Below, in pieces: positions 25,516 to 34,757 of a stretch of DNA of 43,652 nucleotides. Below the pieces are notes generated by a model. That model was not told the origin of the DNA. It saw nothing but the letters and a program-made list of their open reading frames with translations, and did not search any database. The number at the start of each line of letters is the position of its first letter. The first letter of the stretch is position 1. The position numbers and the translations under genes are program-made. This stretch comes from Candidatus Omnitrophota bacterium (GTDB taxonomy: Bacteria > Omnitrophota > Gorgyraeia > JABMRN01 > RBG-13-46-9), in the NCBI GenBank assembly GCA_016782425.1, contig JADHYN010000008.1, forward strand, positions 1-43,652. The letters are read 5' to 3'.

Positions 25516-26301
25516 ATGGAGCCTTCTATAATAGATACTCACGCGCACCTGAATGATATGGCTGATCTCGCGAACGTTCTTGCCAGGGCAAAGGCGGCCG
25601 GTATTCGGGCCATAGTCGCTGTCGGCGTAAACCATGATTCCGATAAAAAGACCCTGGAAATCGTAAGTCGCTTCAATAACCCGGAAATTTACCCTCCCAT
25701 ATATCCGGCGATAGGACTTCATCCGGGAGATATAAATACTTCTGAGCCAGAAGGCTTATTTGACTTTATAGAGGAAAATATTGATAAAATTGTTGCCATA
25801 GGCGAAAGCGGGCTTGATTACTGGTACAAAGAAGCGCGCAAAGATGGCCCTGCCAGAGAGCTTCAAGGCCGTGTTTTTGCAAAGCAGGTTGATATCGCAA
25901 AGCGACATGATAAACCCATAGTCATACATTCACGCGGGGCATGGAAAGAATGCCTTAAAAAGACAAAAGAAGCCGGGATAAAAAGAGCCGTGTTCCACTG
26001 GTATAGCGGGCCGGAAGACGTGTTGCGGGAAATACTCGCCGAAGGGTATTTTATGTCTGCCGCGCCTTCCTGCGAATACAGCCCGGAGCACAGGAAGGCT
26101 ATAGAAACCGCGCCTCTTGAGAGAATGCTGCTTGAGACAGATTCGCCCGTAGTCTACAAACCTGCTTCGGGCAGGTATAAATCAGAACCGAAAGACGTTG
26201 CGCGGGTGCTTAAAGAAGTCGCGAAGATAAAAAACGTACCTGAAGAAGAGGTTGCTGTTATGACAACCCGAAATGCAGGGGCATTTTTTAATCTGTCATG
26301 A
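25516..26301 (+). CDS. tatD: TatD family hydrolase
   Basis: IDTHAHL, GLHP, IGESGLDY, IHSR, FHWYSG, LLETDSP. Confidence 0.93.
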   Translation: MEPSIIDTHAHLNDMADLANVLARAKAAGIRAIVAVGVNHDSDKKTLEIVSRFNNPEIYPPIYPAIGLHPGDINTSEPEGLFDFIEENIDKIVAIGESGLDYWYKEARKDGPARELQGRVFAKQVDIAKRHDKPIVIHSRGAWKECLKKTKEAGIKRAVFHWYSGPEDVLREILAEGYFMSAAPSCEYSPEHRKAIETAPLERMLLETDSPVVYKPASGRYKSEPKDVARVLKEVAKIKNVPEEEVAVMTTRNAGAFFNLS

Positions 26302-27335
26302 AAAAACAAGATATAAAAAACTTAACACCCGATGAGCTAAAAAAAGAAATTGTTGCTCTCGGAGAAAAGCCTTACAGGGCCAGCCAGATCCTAACATGGA
26401 TTTACGGAAAGAGAGTTTTTTCTTTTGACAGGATGAAAAATATTCCCGGCTCGCTCAAAGATAAATTAAAGGAACGCTATTTGTTGGGTGGCCTTACTCT
26501 TCTGGATAGCCCGGAATCTAAAGACGGGACCCTAAAATTTCTGTTTGAACTTGAAGACGGAAGAAGAATCGAAAGCGTTCTCATACCTTCCGGCGGACGC
26601 TCGACGCTTTGTCTTTCTGCACAGGTCGGATGCAAGTTTGCCTGCAATTTCTGCGCAAGCGGAATAAGGGGCTTTGTAAGGAACCTTGAAACATGCGAAA
26701 TCCTGAACCAGATAGTTTTTGTAGAAAATAATGTAAATAATAAAGCGACGAACTACGTCTTTATGGGTATGGGAGAGCCGCTTGATAATTACGAAAATGT
26801 AATAAAAGCCATAAGGATAATGAATTCCCCGGAATGCATGAATATAGGCTCAAGGCGCATAACGCTCTCGACATGCGGTATTGTTACCGGCATAGAGAGA
26901 CTGAAAGATGAAAACCTCAAGATTAATCTCTCACTGTCAATTCACGCGGCCAATGACCCGCTAAGGAGTTCGCTCATGCCGGTAAATAAAAAATACCCCC
27001 TTCCCGAACTTCTTATTGCCTGCGGGAATTTTCTGTCCGGAGGCGGGAGAATGCTAACTCTTGAATACGTTATTATAGGGGGGATAAACGATTCCTTGAA
27101 AGACGCAGACGAATTTTCAAAGATAGCCCGGTCGCTCAAAGCGAAAGTAAATCTCATACCTTACAGTCCCGTGTCTTCTTTAAAATACAAAGCGCCTTCA
27201 GGGGAAAGTGTAAGAGCATTCATGGATGAACTTAACAGGAAGCGCGTTACGGCAACATTGCGGGCATCTAAAGGTAAAGATATTAACGCAGGCTGCGGTC
27301 AGCTTGTGTTGCGGAATGCAGAAAAAATGATATAA
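26298..27335 (+). CDS. rlmN: 23S rRNA m2A2503/tRNA methyltransferase RlmN (radical SAM)
   Basis: CLSAQVGCKFACNFC, FMGMGEPLDN, DINAGCGQL. Confidence 0.95.
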   Translation: MKKQDIKNLTPDELKKEIVALGEKPYRASQILTWIYGKRVFSFDRMKNIPGSLKDKLKERYLLGGLTLLDSPESKDGTLKFLFELEDGRRIESVLIPSGGRSTLCLSAQVGCKFACNFCASGIRGFVRNLETCEILNQIVFVENNVNNKATNYVFMGMGEPLDNYENVIKAIRIMNSPECMNIGSRRITLSTCGIVTGIERLKDENLKINLSLSIHAANDPLRSSLMPVNKKYPLPELLIACGNFLSGGGRMLTLEYVIIGGINDSLKDADEFSKIARSLKAKVNLIPYSPVSSLKYKAPSGESVRAFMDELNRKRVTATLRASKGKDINAGCGQLVLRNAEKMI

Positions 27336-27354
27336 TATAAAATAAGGAGAAAAA

Positions 27355-27717
27355 GTGACGAAGCGCTTTATGTTATATCTTTTTAGATGGCAACTTAGCA
27401 CACCTATATTATGGCTTGTGGTCAGGCACCTGGGCGCGGGCATAGGCGCTACAATTATAGCTAACCTTATAGGAGGCAGTATTTTTTTCTGGGTAGACAG
27501 GTTTATTTTTACCTCAAAAGCAGTGGAGCTGTGGCATTTTAAAGAAAAAGGCGTTTGCGATAGCTGCGGTAAGGAAACTAGCCTTTGGCGGCTTGCAATG
27601 GCGCCTAATTACGATCGCCGCGACGCAAATCCGAAATTCTACTGTTTTAAATGTTCGAAAAAAAGAACCGATGAGCTGAGGCAACAGGGCATAAAAATAA
27701 GAGGAAGATCAAGATAA
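27355..27717 (+). CDS. Membrane protein with GtrA-like N-terminus and C-terminal zinc finger
   Basis: ANLIGGSIFFWVDRFIF; CDSC..CFKC; RBS AAGGAG, GTG start. Confidence 0.65.
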   Translation: MTKRFMLYLFRWQLSTPILWLVVRHLGAGIGATIIANLIGGSIFFWVDRFIFTSKAVELWHFKEKGVCDSCGKETSLWRLAMAPNYDRRDANPKFYCFKCSKKRTDELRQQGIKIRGRSR

Positions 27718-27732
27718 AGAAAAGAGGCATAG

Positions 27733-28002
27733 ATGACGGAAAAAATAGCTTTTATCGCGGCAATAGTACTTCCTTTCTGGAACATACCCCTTATTATCAG
27801 GATTGTTAAACGTAAGTCCTCAAAAGATATCAGCCTTTATTGGGCGCTCGGGGTATGGACGTGTTTTCTCTTGATGGCGCCGGAAGCCTTTCGTTCAGAC
27901 GATGTAGTGTGGCGCACATTTAATATCGTGAATTTGGTCTTCTTTACCGGCGTTGTAGTTACAGTAATAGCGTATAGGGTAGGAAACAGGGGTAAGGGGT
28001 AG
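27733..28002 (+). CDS. PQ-loop/SemiSWEET-like three-TM protein
   Basis: NIPLIIRIVKRKSSKDISL pattern. Confidence 0.75.
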   Translation: MTEKIAFIAAIVLPFWNIPLIIRIVKRKSSKDISLYWALGVWTCFLLMAPEAFRSDDVVWRTFNIVNLVFFTGVVVTVIAYRVGNRGKG

Positions 28003-28703
28003 TGAATAGAGTTCACGTAATACAAGAGCTTATAGACCGGAAAAAAGCTGAAACGTATCTCGAAATAGGCTTTGGTTACGGGGACGCCTTCCTTAATATA
28101 AAGGCCCCGCGCAAAATCGTAGTTGACCCGAAGTTTGTAATACTCAAAAAAAGGGTACTCAAGTATTTTGCAAAAAATATCTCGAAAAACATACCCAACC
28201 GTTATCACAGGATGACAAGCGATTATTTCTTCGAGAGAAAGCAGCACATCCTGCGCCGGTTTCCGCCGGATGTTATTTTTGTAGACGGCCTGCACACCCA
28301 CGAACAATCCTTAAAAGATGTCTTTAACGCGCTCAAGTTCCTTAATAAAAACGGCATTATCGTCCTTCATGACTGTAACCCGCTTTCGGAAGCGGTGGCG
28401 TATCCGGCGCGCTCGTACAGGGAGGCAAAAGATGCCTGTCCTTCCGGCTGGAACGGATTCTGGAGCGGTGACGTTTGGAAAACAGCCGTCTACGTAAGGT
28501 CAAAAATGACGGATCTGGAGATGTTTGTTCTGGATTTTGACACGGGCCTCGGAATAATCACAAGAAAAAAAGAAAATAATCCGCTAGAGTTTTCTGAAGA
28601 AAAAATAGAAAGGCTTTCCTACGCTGATCTTGAAAAGGATCGCGCGAGGCTCCTTAACGTAAAAGATGAAGAATATTTCAGGGAATTCGTAAAAACGCTG
28701 TGA
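28002..28703 (+). CDS. Class I SAM-dependent methyltransferase (Methyltransf_24-like)
   Basis: YLEIG, TSDYFF, IFVDGLHT, IVLHDCNP, WSGDVWK. Confidence 0.88.
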   Translation: MNRVHVIQELIDRKKAETYLEIGFGYGDAFLNIKAPRKIVVDPKFVILKKRVLKYFAKNISKNIPNRYHRMTSDYFFERKQHILRRFPPDVIFVDGLHTHEQSLKDVFNALKFLNKNGIIVLHDCNPLSEAVAYPARSYREAKDACPSGWNGFWSGDVWKTAVYVRSKMTDLEMFVLDFDTGLGIITRKKENNPLEFSEEKIERLSYADLEKDRARLLNVKDEEYFREFVKTL

Positions 28704-30271
28704 GGAAAAACAATAAAAGACAGAGCTGGGGCTCACAGATCGGCATAATCCTCGCAGTAGCCGGTTCAGCCGTGGGCCTGGGAAATTTCCTAAGGTTTCC
28801 CGTGCAGGCGGCATCAAACGGCGGCGGGGCCTTTATGATACCCTATTTTGTAGCGCTTTTTCTTGTGGGGCTACCTCTCATGTGGGTTGAGTGGACGCTC
28901 GGCCGTTTCGGCGGCGGTTTCGGGCATTCAACCGCGCCAGGGGTATTCCATACCGTATGGAGAAAAAATCGTTTTATAAAATACTTCGGCGTTATCGGGA
29001 TATTCGGGCCCCTCATCATCTTTATTTACTATACCTACATAGAATCCTGGACGCTCGCATACAGCTTTTTCGCTCTTTTAGATAAATATTCCGGTGCTAC
29101 GACCCAGGGAGCCATGCAGAGTTTTCTGAGGGGGTTTCAGGGGCTTGAAAAAAATAGCTTTTTTACAAGCATGATCCCTGCTTACATATTTTTTCTCATT
29201 GCATTTACCTTAAACATGAGCGTTCTTTACCATGGCATAAAAGGCGGGATAGAGCGTCTTGTAAAGATCGCTATGCCGATTCTTTTCATCTGTGCGGTTG
29301 CTTTGGTTATACGCGTTTTAATGCTGGGGGCGCCTAACGCTTCAAAACCAACCTGGAACTTGCTTAACGGCATGGGGTTTTTGTGGAACCCGCAATTCGA
29401 GGCATTGAAATCGGCCAGGGTGTGGCTTGCCGCTACGGGGCAGATATTTTTTACCTTGAGCGTGGGCATAGGCGTAATCCTGACCTACGCCAGCTATCTT
29501 TCCAAGACGGACGACGTTGCGCTTTCGGGACTTTCGGCCGTAAGCGTAAACGAATTTGTGGAAATCATCCTGGGCGCGAGCATTGTAATCCCGGCAGCGT
29601 TTGTATTTTTTGGCCCGGGACAGGTTACCGAGGTTGCAAAGTCAGGCGCATTCAATCTAAGCTTTGTTACGATGCCCCTCATATTCGAACAGATACCATG
29701 GTCCGCGCTTTTCGGATTCGTATGGTTTTTTCTTTTATTTGTCGCTGGGATCACCTCGTCGGTCAGCCTGGCCCAGCCTGCCATAGCTTTTCTCGAGGAT
29801 GAATTTAATATTAGCAGGAAAAAGGCAATGTGGATTTTCGGACTGGCCACCTTTATATTGTGTCAGCCGGCCATATTTTTTCTGGGCCATGGCGTAGTGG
29901 ACGAACTGGACTTCTGGGGAGGGACATTCTGCCTGGTTGTTTTCGCGACCGTCGAGATAATCCTTTTCGGCTGGGTATTCGGCATGGACAAGGCCTGGGA
30001 GGAAATACACCGCGGCGCTGACATGAGGGTGCCAAAAATATACAAATTCATAATAAAATACGTGACACCTTCGTTTCTAATTACTCTGCTTACCGTATGG
30101 TTTTGGCAGGAATGGCTCCCGATAATTTCAATGCAGAACGTAGCGCCTCAGGATAAACCCTATGTGCTGGGGACGCGCATACTGCTTTTAAGCATATTTC
30201 TTATTTTAAGTTTTCTTGTAAGGGCGGCATGGAAAAAGAGGCGCACCGGTAAACAGGAAGTTGTGGCATGA
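28700..30271 (+). CDS. Sodium-dependent transporter, NSS/SNF (LeuT-like) family
   Basis: GSAVGLGNFLRFP, GGGAFMIPY, QIFFTLSVG, YASY. Confidence 0.95.
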   Translation: MRKNNKRQSWGSQIGIILAVAGSAVGLGNFLRFPVQAASNGGGAFMIPYFVALFLVGLPLMWVEWTLGRFGGGFGHSTAPGVFHTVWRKNRFIKYFGVIGIFGPLIIFIYYTYIESWTLAYSFFALLDKYSGATTQGAMQSFLRGFQGLEKNSFFTSMIPAYIFFLIAFTLNMSVLYHGIKGGIERLVKIAMPILFICAVALVIRVLMLGAPNASKPTWNLLNGMGFLWNPQFEALKSARVWLAATGQIFFTLSVGIGVILTYASYLSKTDDVALSGLSAVSVNEFVEIILGASIVIPAAFVFFGPGQVTEVAKSGAFNLSFVTMPLIFEQIPWSALFGFVWFFLLFVAGITSSVSLAQPAIAFLEDEFNISRKKAMWIFGLATFILCQPAIFFLGHGVVDELDFWGGTFCLVVFATVEIILFGWVFGMDKAWEEIHRGADMRVPKIYKFIIKYVTPSFLITLLTVWFWQEWLPIISMQNVAPQDKPYVLGTRILLLSIFLILSFLVRAAWKKRRTGKQEVVA

Positions 30272-30363
30272 ATAAATCCGGGTGGATTTTTTTAATTACA
30301 TGCTGGAGTTCCATTATTTTGCTTATGATATTTTGTTTTTATAAGATTTTTACAAAAAAATAG
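30268..30363 (+). CDS. 31-aa single-TM protein, MetS-like NSS transporter small subunit
   Basis: MNKSGWIFLITCWSSIILLMIFCFYKIFTKK; ATGA-coupled to the transporter stop. Confidence 0.7.
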   Translation: MNKSGWIFLITCWSSIILLMIFCFYKIFTKK

Positions 30364-30380
30364 TAAAGAAAGGAGCTCTT

Positions 30381-30773
30381 ATGAAATGCGCATTTTTAGT
30401 CTGTATGTTTATTTTTCTGACAACGACATGTTTATTCGCGGGGTCGGCAACTGACGCGACCATAGCGGCTACAGCGCCTCAGGAATATTCGTCGCAAACA
30501 ATAGCAGGCGATTTTGACAAGTCCGACGCAAGGCAATACGATAAAGTCGGCAAGGTCCAGTGGGAGGGGAAGGAACTTGTTGGGCCGGGCTATGCTTTTC
30601 CCACGAGCGACAAATTGCTTGAGCAGGAAGCAAAAGCCTTTGGCATTTCGCAGGATGAAGTAGGCGATTACGTCATGGAGGTAAAAGCCATGAACATGGA
30701 TTATACTGCCGGCGGCCTCACGAAGACCGAGTATGTGCAAAGGAAGAGAGAGCTTCTAAGCTTACTCAAGTAA
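30381..30773 (+). CDS. Secreted hypothetical protein (SHOCT-like C-terminus)
   Basis: Signal peptide; GGLTKTEYVQRKRELL; RBS AAGGAG. Confidence 0.7.
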   Translation: MKCAFLVCMFIFLTTTCLFAGSATDATIAATAPQEYSSQTIAGDFDKSDARQYDKVGKVQWEGKELVGPGYAFPTSDKLLEQEAKAFGISQDEVGDYVMEVKAMNMDYTAGGLTKTEYVQRKRELLSLLK

Positions 30774-30776
30774 GAA

Positions 30777-32138
30777 ATGGATTTTCCGAAGGACTTTACA
30801 TGGGGGGCGGCAACGTCTGCCTATCAGATAGAAGGCGCCTGGAACGAAGATGGCAGGGGTGCGTCGATCTGGGACACGTTCACCCGCCAAAAGGGACGAA
30901 TTGAAGATTCTTCAAACGGTGACGTAGCGTGCGATCACTACCACCGTTTTAAGGAAGACGTCTCTTTAATGAAAGAGATTGGCGTCAAGGCCTATCGTTT
31001 TTCCGTATCATGGAGCAGGATCTTACCGCTCGGACGCGGCAAAATAAATCCGAAGGGGCTTGATTTTTACAAGAGACTTGTCGACGAGCTGCTTAAAAAC
31101 GGGATCATCCCGTTCGCAACGCTTTACCACTGGGATCTTCCGCAGGCACTGGAAGATGAGGGTGGTTGGCGCTCGCGCGAGACAGCTTTTGCTTTTTCAG
31201 AGTACGCAGATGTATTAAGCCGCTCTTTAGGCGACAGGATAAAACACTGGATAACTCATAACGAGCCGTCCGTGGCTGCGTTTTCAGGCTATCAATACGG
31301 CGATCATGCCCCCGGCGTAAAGGATCTTAAGGCCGCGCTTCGAGTGTCGCACCATCTTTTACTATCACACGGCTTAGCCGTACCCATCCTTAAAAAAAAT
31401 TCACCTGATTCAGAAATAGGAATTACTCTTGTTAATATTCCGGCAGAACCGGCTTCAAAAAGCGCCAAGGACCGTGAAGCGGTAAGAAGCTTCGACGGTT
31501 ATTATAACAGATGGTTTTTAGATCCTTTGTATGGACGGGGATATCCTGAGGATAAGCTGGGAGAATATATTCAGAGCGGTGATTTGCCGGAAAGAGAAAA
31601 GAGTTTTATAAAAAAAGATGATCTTGAGAAAATCGCGTCGCCTTTTAATTTTCTCGGGATTAATTATTACTTCCGTCTATTAATAAAAAATGAAATATTA
31701 CCAAACGGAGAAAAGCATTTTGCAAGCGTTCCGCCTAAAGGGAAGGCCGGATACACGGAAATGGGCTGGGAGGTTTATCCCGCGGGATTGTATAATGCAT
31801 TGAAGAGAGTTTCCGCGGATTATAACCCGGCAAAAATATACATTACAGAAAACGGGGTGAGCTATTCCGACGGGCCGGGAAAAGACGGGAAGGTTCATGA
31901 TGCAAAGCGGATAGAGTACTTAAAAAATCATTTTTTAGAAGCTTACCGCGCGTTCAAAGAGGGAGTTCCGTTAAAAGGTTATTTTGTCTGGTCGCTTCTC
32001 GATAATTTCGAATGGGCAAAGGGCTTTAGTCAGCGGTTTGGAATAATTTGGGTGGATTATAAAACCCAAAAGCGTATAATAAAGGACAGCGGATTATGGT
32101 ATCGTAAAGTAATAGAAGGAGAGAAGGGATTAGAGTAA
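30777..32138 (+). CDS. Beta-glucosidase, glycoside hydrolase family 1
   Basis: WGAATSAYQIEG, YHWDLPQ, THNEP (acid/base), ITENG (nucleophile), DNFEW. Confidence 0.96.
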   Translation: MDFPKDFTWGAATSAYQIEGAWNEDGRGASIWDTFTRQKGRIEDSSNGDVACDHYHRFKEDVSLMKEIGVKAYRFSVSWSRILPLGRGKINPKGLDFYKRLVDELLKNGIIPFATLYHWDLPQALEDEGGWRSRETAFAFSEYADVLSRSLGDRIKHWITHNEPSVAAFSGYQYGDHAPGVKDLKAALRVSHHLLLSHGLAVPILKKNSPDSEIGITLVNIPAEPASKSAKDREAVRSFDGYYNRWFLDPLYGRGYPEDKLGEYIQSGDLPEREKSFIKKDDLEKIASPFNFLGINYYFRLLIKNEILPNGEKHFASVPPKGKAGYTEMGWEVYPAGLYNALKRVSADYNPAKIYITENGVSYSDGPGKDGKVHDAKRIEYLKNHFLEAYRAFKEGVPLKGYFVWSLLDNFEWAKGFSQRFGIIWVDYKTQKRIIKDSGLWYRKVIEGEKGLE

Positions 32139-32164
32139 TTTGTAATTGGTAATTTGTAATTTGT
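32133..32164 (+). repeat. GTAATTK heptamer junction repeat, copy 3
   Basis: GAGTAATTTGTAATTGGTAATTTGT identical to the other copies; supplies the GH1 TAA stop. Confidence 0.9.
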
Positions 32165-32177
32165 AGAGGGGGGATAT

Positions 32178-33347
32178 ATGCGTTTAAGATTTAGGATCGC
32201 GGTAATTTGCGGGGTTCTGTTTTTAGCAGGGTGTAGTTCCGTTCCGATACGATTATCCGAATCATACCTGACGACGCACCTTTACAAACGCATACCCTAC
32301 AAAACCGAAGGAAAATACAGGGTCGTTGATATTTTTTACGCGACTTCAAGAGACGTGAAGCCGGAAGAAAATACCCTGGATTACTTCGCGCCAAAGATCG
32401 GACAGAATACTTCGTATGGATACGTAGAGGCAAAAATAGACCCGCGCCTCACGATCGGAAAGATGCTTCCGGCCTGGTATAAAAGGCATAGCGTTGTCGG
32501 GGTGCAGAAATTTGTGCCACTCGAGAAAGAAACATTCCTTTCATCGCTTTCAAGCGTGGTAAAAGATTCACCGCACAAATCCGTGCTTGTTCTTGTATTT
32601 GGCTATAAAGACAGTTTTGAATATACCGCGATAAAAGCCGCTTATTACAGCTACCTCCTGGATATAAATACTCCGATCGTGCTTTTTGACTGGCCCGGCG
32701 ATCAGCCGGTAAGTATAGGAGGTTATTCAAAAGCCAGGAAGTACGCGATTGATTCCGGTGCGCATCTTGCCGCCGTGTTATGTGGAATTATACGGGAGGT
32801 CAAGCCAAAAAGGTTGTGGATAGAATCATCTAGCCTTGGATGCCAGGTCGTATGCAGCGCCTTTGAACAAATGTGCAAAGATAGTACTTTTGCCGATAGT
32901 GACACGGAAATCGAGCATGTTATACTTTCAGCGCCTGACGTATCTGATAAGGAATTTAACGAGGAGTTTAAAAAAGAAATAACAGCGCTTTCAAAAAGAA
33001 TAACCACGTATGTTTCTTCAAACGACGAGGCGCTTCTTTTGACCGGGTTTTTAGACGGCGAAAAGAAACTTGGCCGCGAGACAGTGCGCAAGATCGACCC
33101 AGAACAAATAGCCGAGGCAAAGGATATACTTTATATCAAGTCTCTTATCCCGGACAAGGTGGCGCTTGTAGACGTAACGCACGTAAACAAAGCGTCCTAT
33201 AAACACGGGTATTACCTTGAGAGTCCGGAATATTTTGATGATCTCTATCTTCGCATATTAGAAGAACCGCCGCATAAAAATAGGCGGTTATACCTTTTGA
33301 AGTATAAAGGAGACACGGATTATTGGGTGTTGAAAGGGGATAGCTAA
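32178..33347 (+). CDS. DUF900-like alpha/beta hydrolase lipoprotein
   Basis: Lipobox LAGC; IFYATSR, FDWPG, SSSLG, SAPDV, HGYY. Confidence 0.8.
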   Translation: MRLRFRIAVICGVLFLAGCSSVPIRLSESYLTTHLYKRIPYKTEGKYRVVDIFYATSRDVKPEENTLDYFAPKIGQNTSYGYVEAKIDPRLTIGKMLPAWYKRHSVVGVQKFVPLEKETFLSSLSSVVKDSPHKSVLVLVFGYKDSFEYTAIKAAYYSYLLDINTPIVLFDWPGDQPVSIGGYSKARKYAIDSGAHLAAVLCGIIREVKPKRLWIESSSLGCQVVCSAFEQMCKDSTFADSDTEIEHVILSAPDVSDKEFNEEFKKEITALSKRITTYVSSNDEALLLTGFLDGEKKLGRETVRKIDPEQIAEAKDILYIKSLIPDKVALVDVTHVNKASYKHGYYLESPEYFDDLYLRILEEPPHKNRRLYLLKYKGDTDYWVLKGDS

Positions 33348-33349
33348 AA

Positions 33350-34138
33350 ATGAAAACATGGAGTAAATTTTACTGCGGAATGATCGATAGAAACATAGGC
33401 GTGCTTTCGAGCGAGGAACAGGAGAAGTTAAGAAAAAGCTGTGTCGTCGTAGCGGGCTGCGGGGGTATGGGCGGCGTTTCCGCAAAACAGCTCGTGAGGC
33501 TTGGCGTAGGGCACGTGAAAATAGCGGATTTTGACTCGTTCGCGATACATAATTTAAGCCGCCAGTGCGGCTCGACGTCATTGAACCTCGGAAAAAATAA
33601 AGCAGAGGTTCTCTCCGGGTATTTTAAAAGCATAAATCCTGAATTAAAGCTGGATGTTTTTAATAAAGGCGTTACATTGGAGAACGTTCAGGAATTTGTT
33701 CAGGGCGCGTCTATTGTAATAGATGGGACGGATTATTCACGTATCATGGATACAGTGGCCATGTATAGGGCAGCGCGCGCTCTCGGAATATGCGTCATAA
33801 GTCCGCAGGCGATAGGCTTTGGCGCGAGTGTCCTTGTTTTCGGGCCCGAGACAGTTTCTTTTGAAGAATATATCGGGCTTTCGCCGGACCCTTCAAAGGT
33901 AGCGATCGAGAAGCTGGCGCCCTATATCCCAACATACGCTGATAAAGAAATCGTGAAAAAAGCTATCATGAAAGAGATTAATATCCCGAACCTTATCATG
34001 CAGCAGCACCTGGGGACGTCAATAGCTGTTTCCGAGGCGGCAATGCTTATACTGGGAAGAATAAGCCGGCCAAAAGGGCCGAATCCGAGAATTTTCATCG
34101 TCGATTTACAGGACCGTAAATTCGAAGTAAGAGATTAA
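33350..34138 (+). CDS. ThiF-family adenylyltransferase
   Basis: RNIGVLSSEEQEKL, GCGGMG, DFDSFAIHNLSRQ, IDGTD. Confidence 0.9.
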   Translation: MKTWSKFYCGMIDRNIGVLSSEEQEKLRKSCVVVAGCGGMGGVSAKQLVRLGVGHVKIADFDSFAIHNLSRQCGSTSLNLGKNKAEVLSGYFKSINPELKLDVFNKGVTLENVQEFVQGASIVIDGTDYSRIMDTVAMYRAARALGICVISPQAIGFGASVLVFGPETVSFEEYIGLSPDPSKVAIEKLAPYIPTYADKEIVKKAIMKEINIPNLIMQQHLGTSIAVSEAAMLILGRISRPKGPNPRIFIVDLQDRKFEVRD

Positions 34139-34668
34139 ATCGCGGCGGCGGCGATCGTGGCTGCTATGCCGATAAGGTTCATGAGAATCTCGCGGCTTGT
34201 ATCAATCAGGTTTCGCTTCCCGAGCTCTTTCCGGATGGCTTTTGTCGAGGTAGCGTAGATAATTCTGTAGCCTTCTTCATCTTCCGAGAGTTCAATATCC
34301 CGCACGCCTTCATAGGTGCCGAGCCGCGAGGCGTAAAGCTCGTGAAGCTTAAGAAGCTCGGCGTTCGGCAAGCTGCTAATCTTAACGGGCTCATACTTAA
34401 GGTCAAATATTCCGGATCCGCGTACCAGCTTTGAGCGCTTGCGTTTTAATTTCTTCAGGTATTCACCAAAAGCTATATTTTTTGCCATTTCACCTTCGTA
34501 ATCCTGCGGTGATAAATTGTAAATAATAGTTCCGAAGCGAAGCGCCTCTCCGTCTTTTGCGCCTTTCATCCTGGAAGATATATCATAGACGGGCTCAGAA
34601 GAGCCTTTCGGCACCGTGGCGCAACCTGTTAATGAAAAACACAATAATATCGCAATAATTTTCCGCAT
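34135..34668 (-). CDS. Hypothetical lipoprotein
   Basis: MRKIIAILLCFSLTGC lipobox; hydrophobic C-terminal helix. Confidence 0.75.
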   Translation of the reverse strand: MRKIIAILLCFSLTGCATVPKGSSEPVYDISSRMKGAKDGEALRFGTIIYNLSPQDYEGEMAKNIAFGEYLKKLKRKRSKLVRGSGIFDLKYEPVKISSLPNAELLKLHELYASRLGTYEGVRDIELSEDEEGYRIIYATSTKAIRKELGKRNLIDTSREILMNLIGIAATIAAAAI

Positions 34669-34721
34669 ACGAGAATTATACACCCTATCGAGCGTTGTCA
34701 CAAGTTAAGAAAAGATAAGGC

Positions 34722-34750
34722 TTGAGGCGTATAAGTTTTAAGGGTATAAT
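34722..34750 (+). promoter_or_regulatory. Promoter placed for a leaderless transcript
   Basis: TTGAGG-17 nt-TATAAT, 7 nt before ATG 34758, no RBS. Confidence 0.5.
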
Positions 34751-34757
34751 TTAATTC

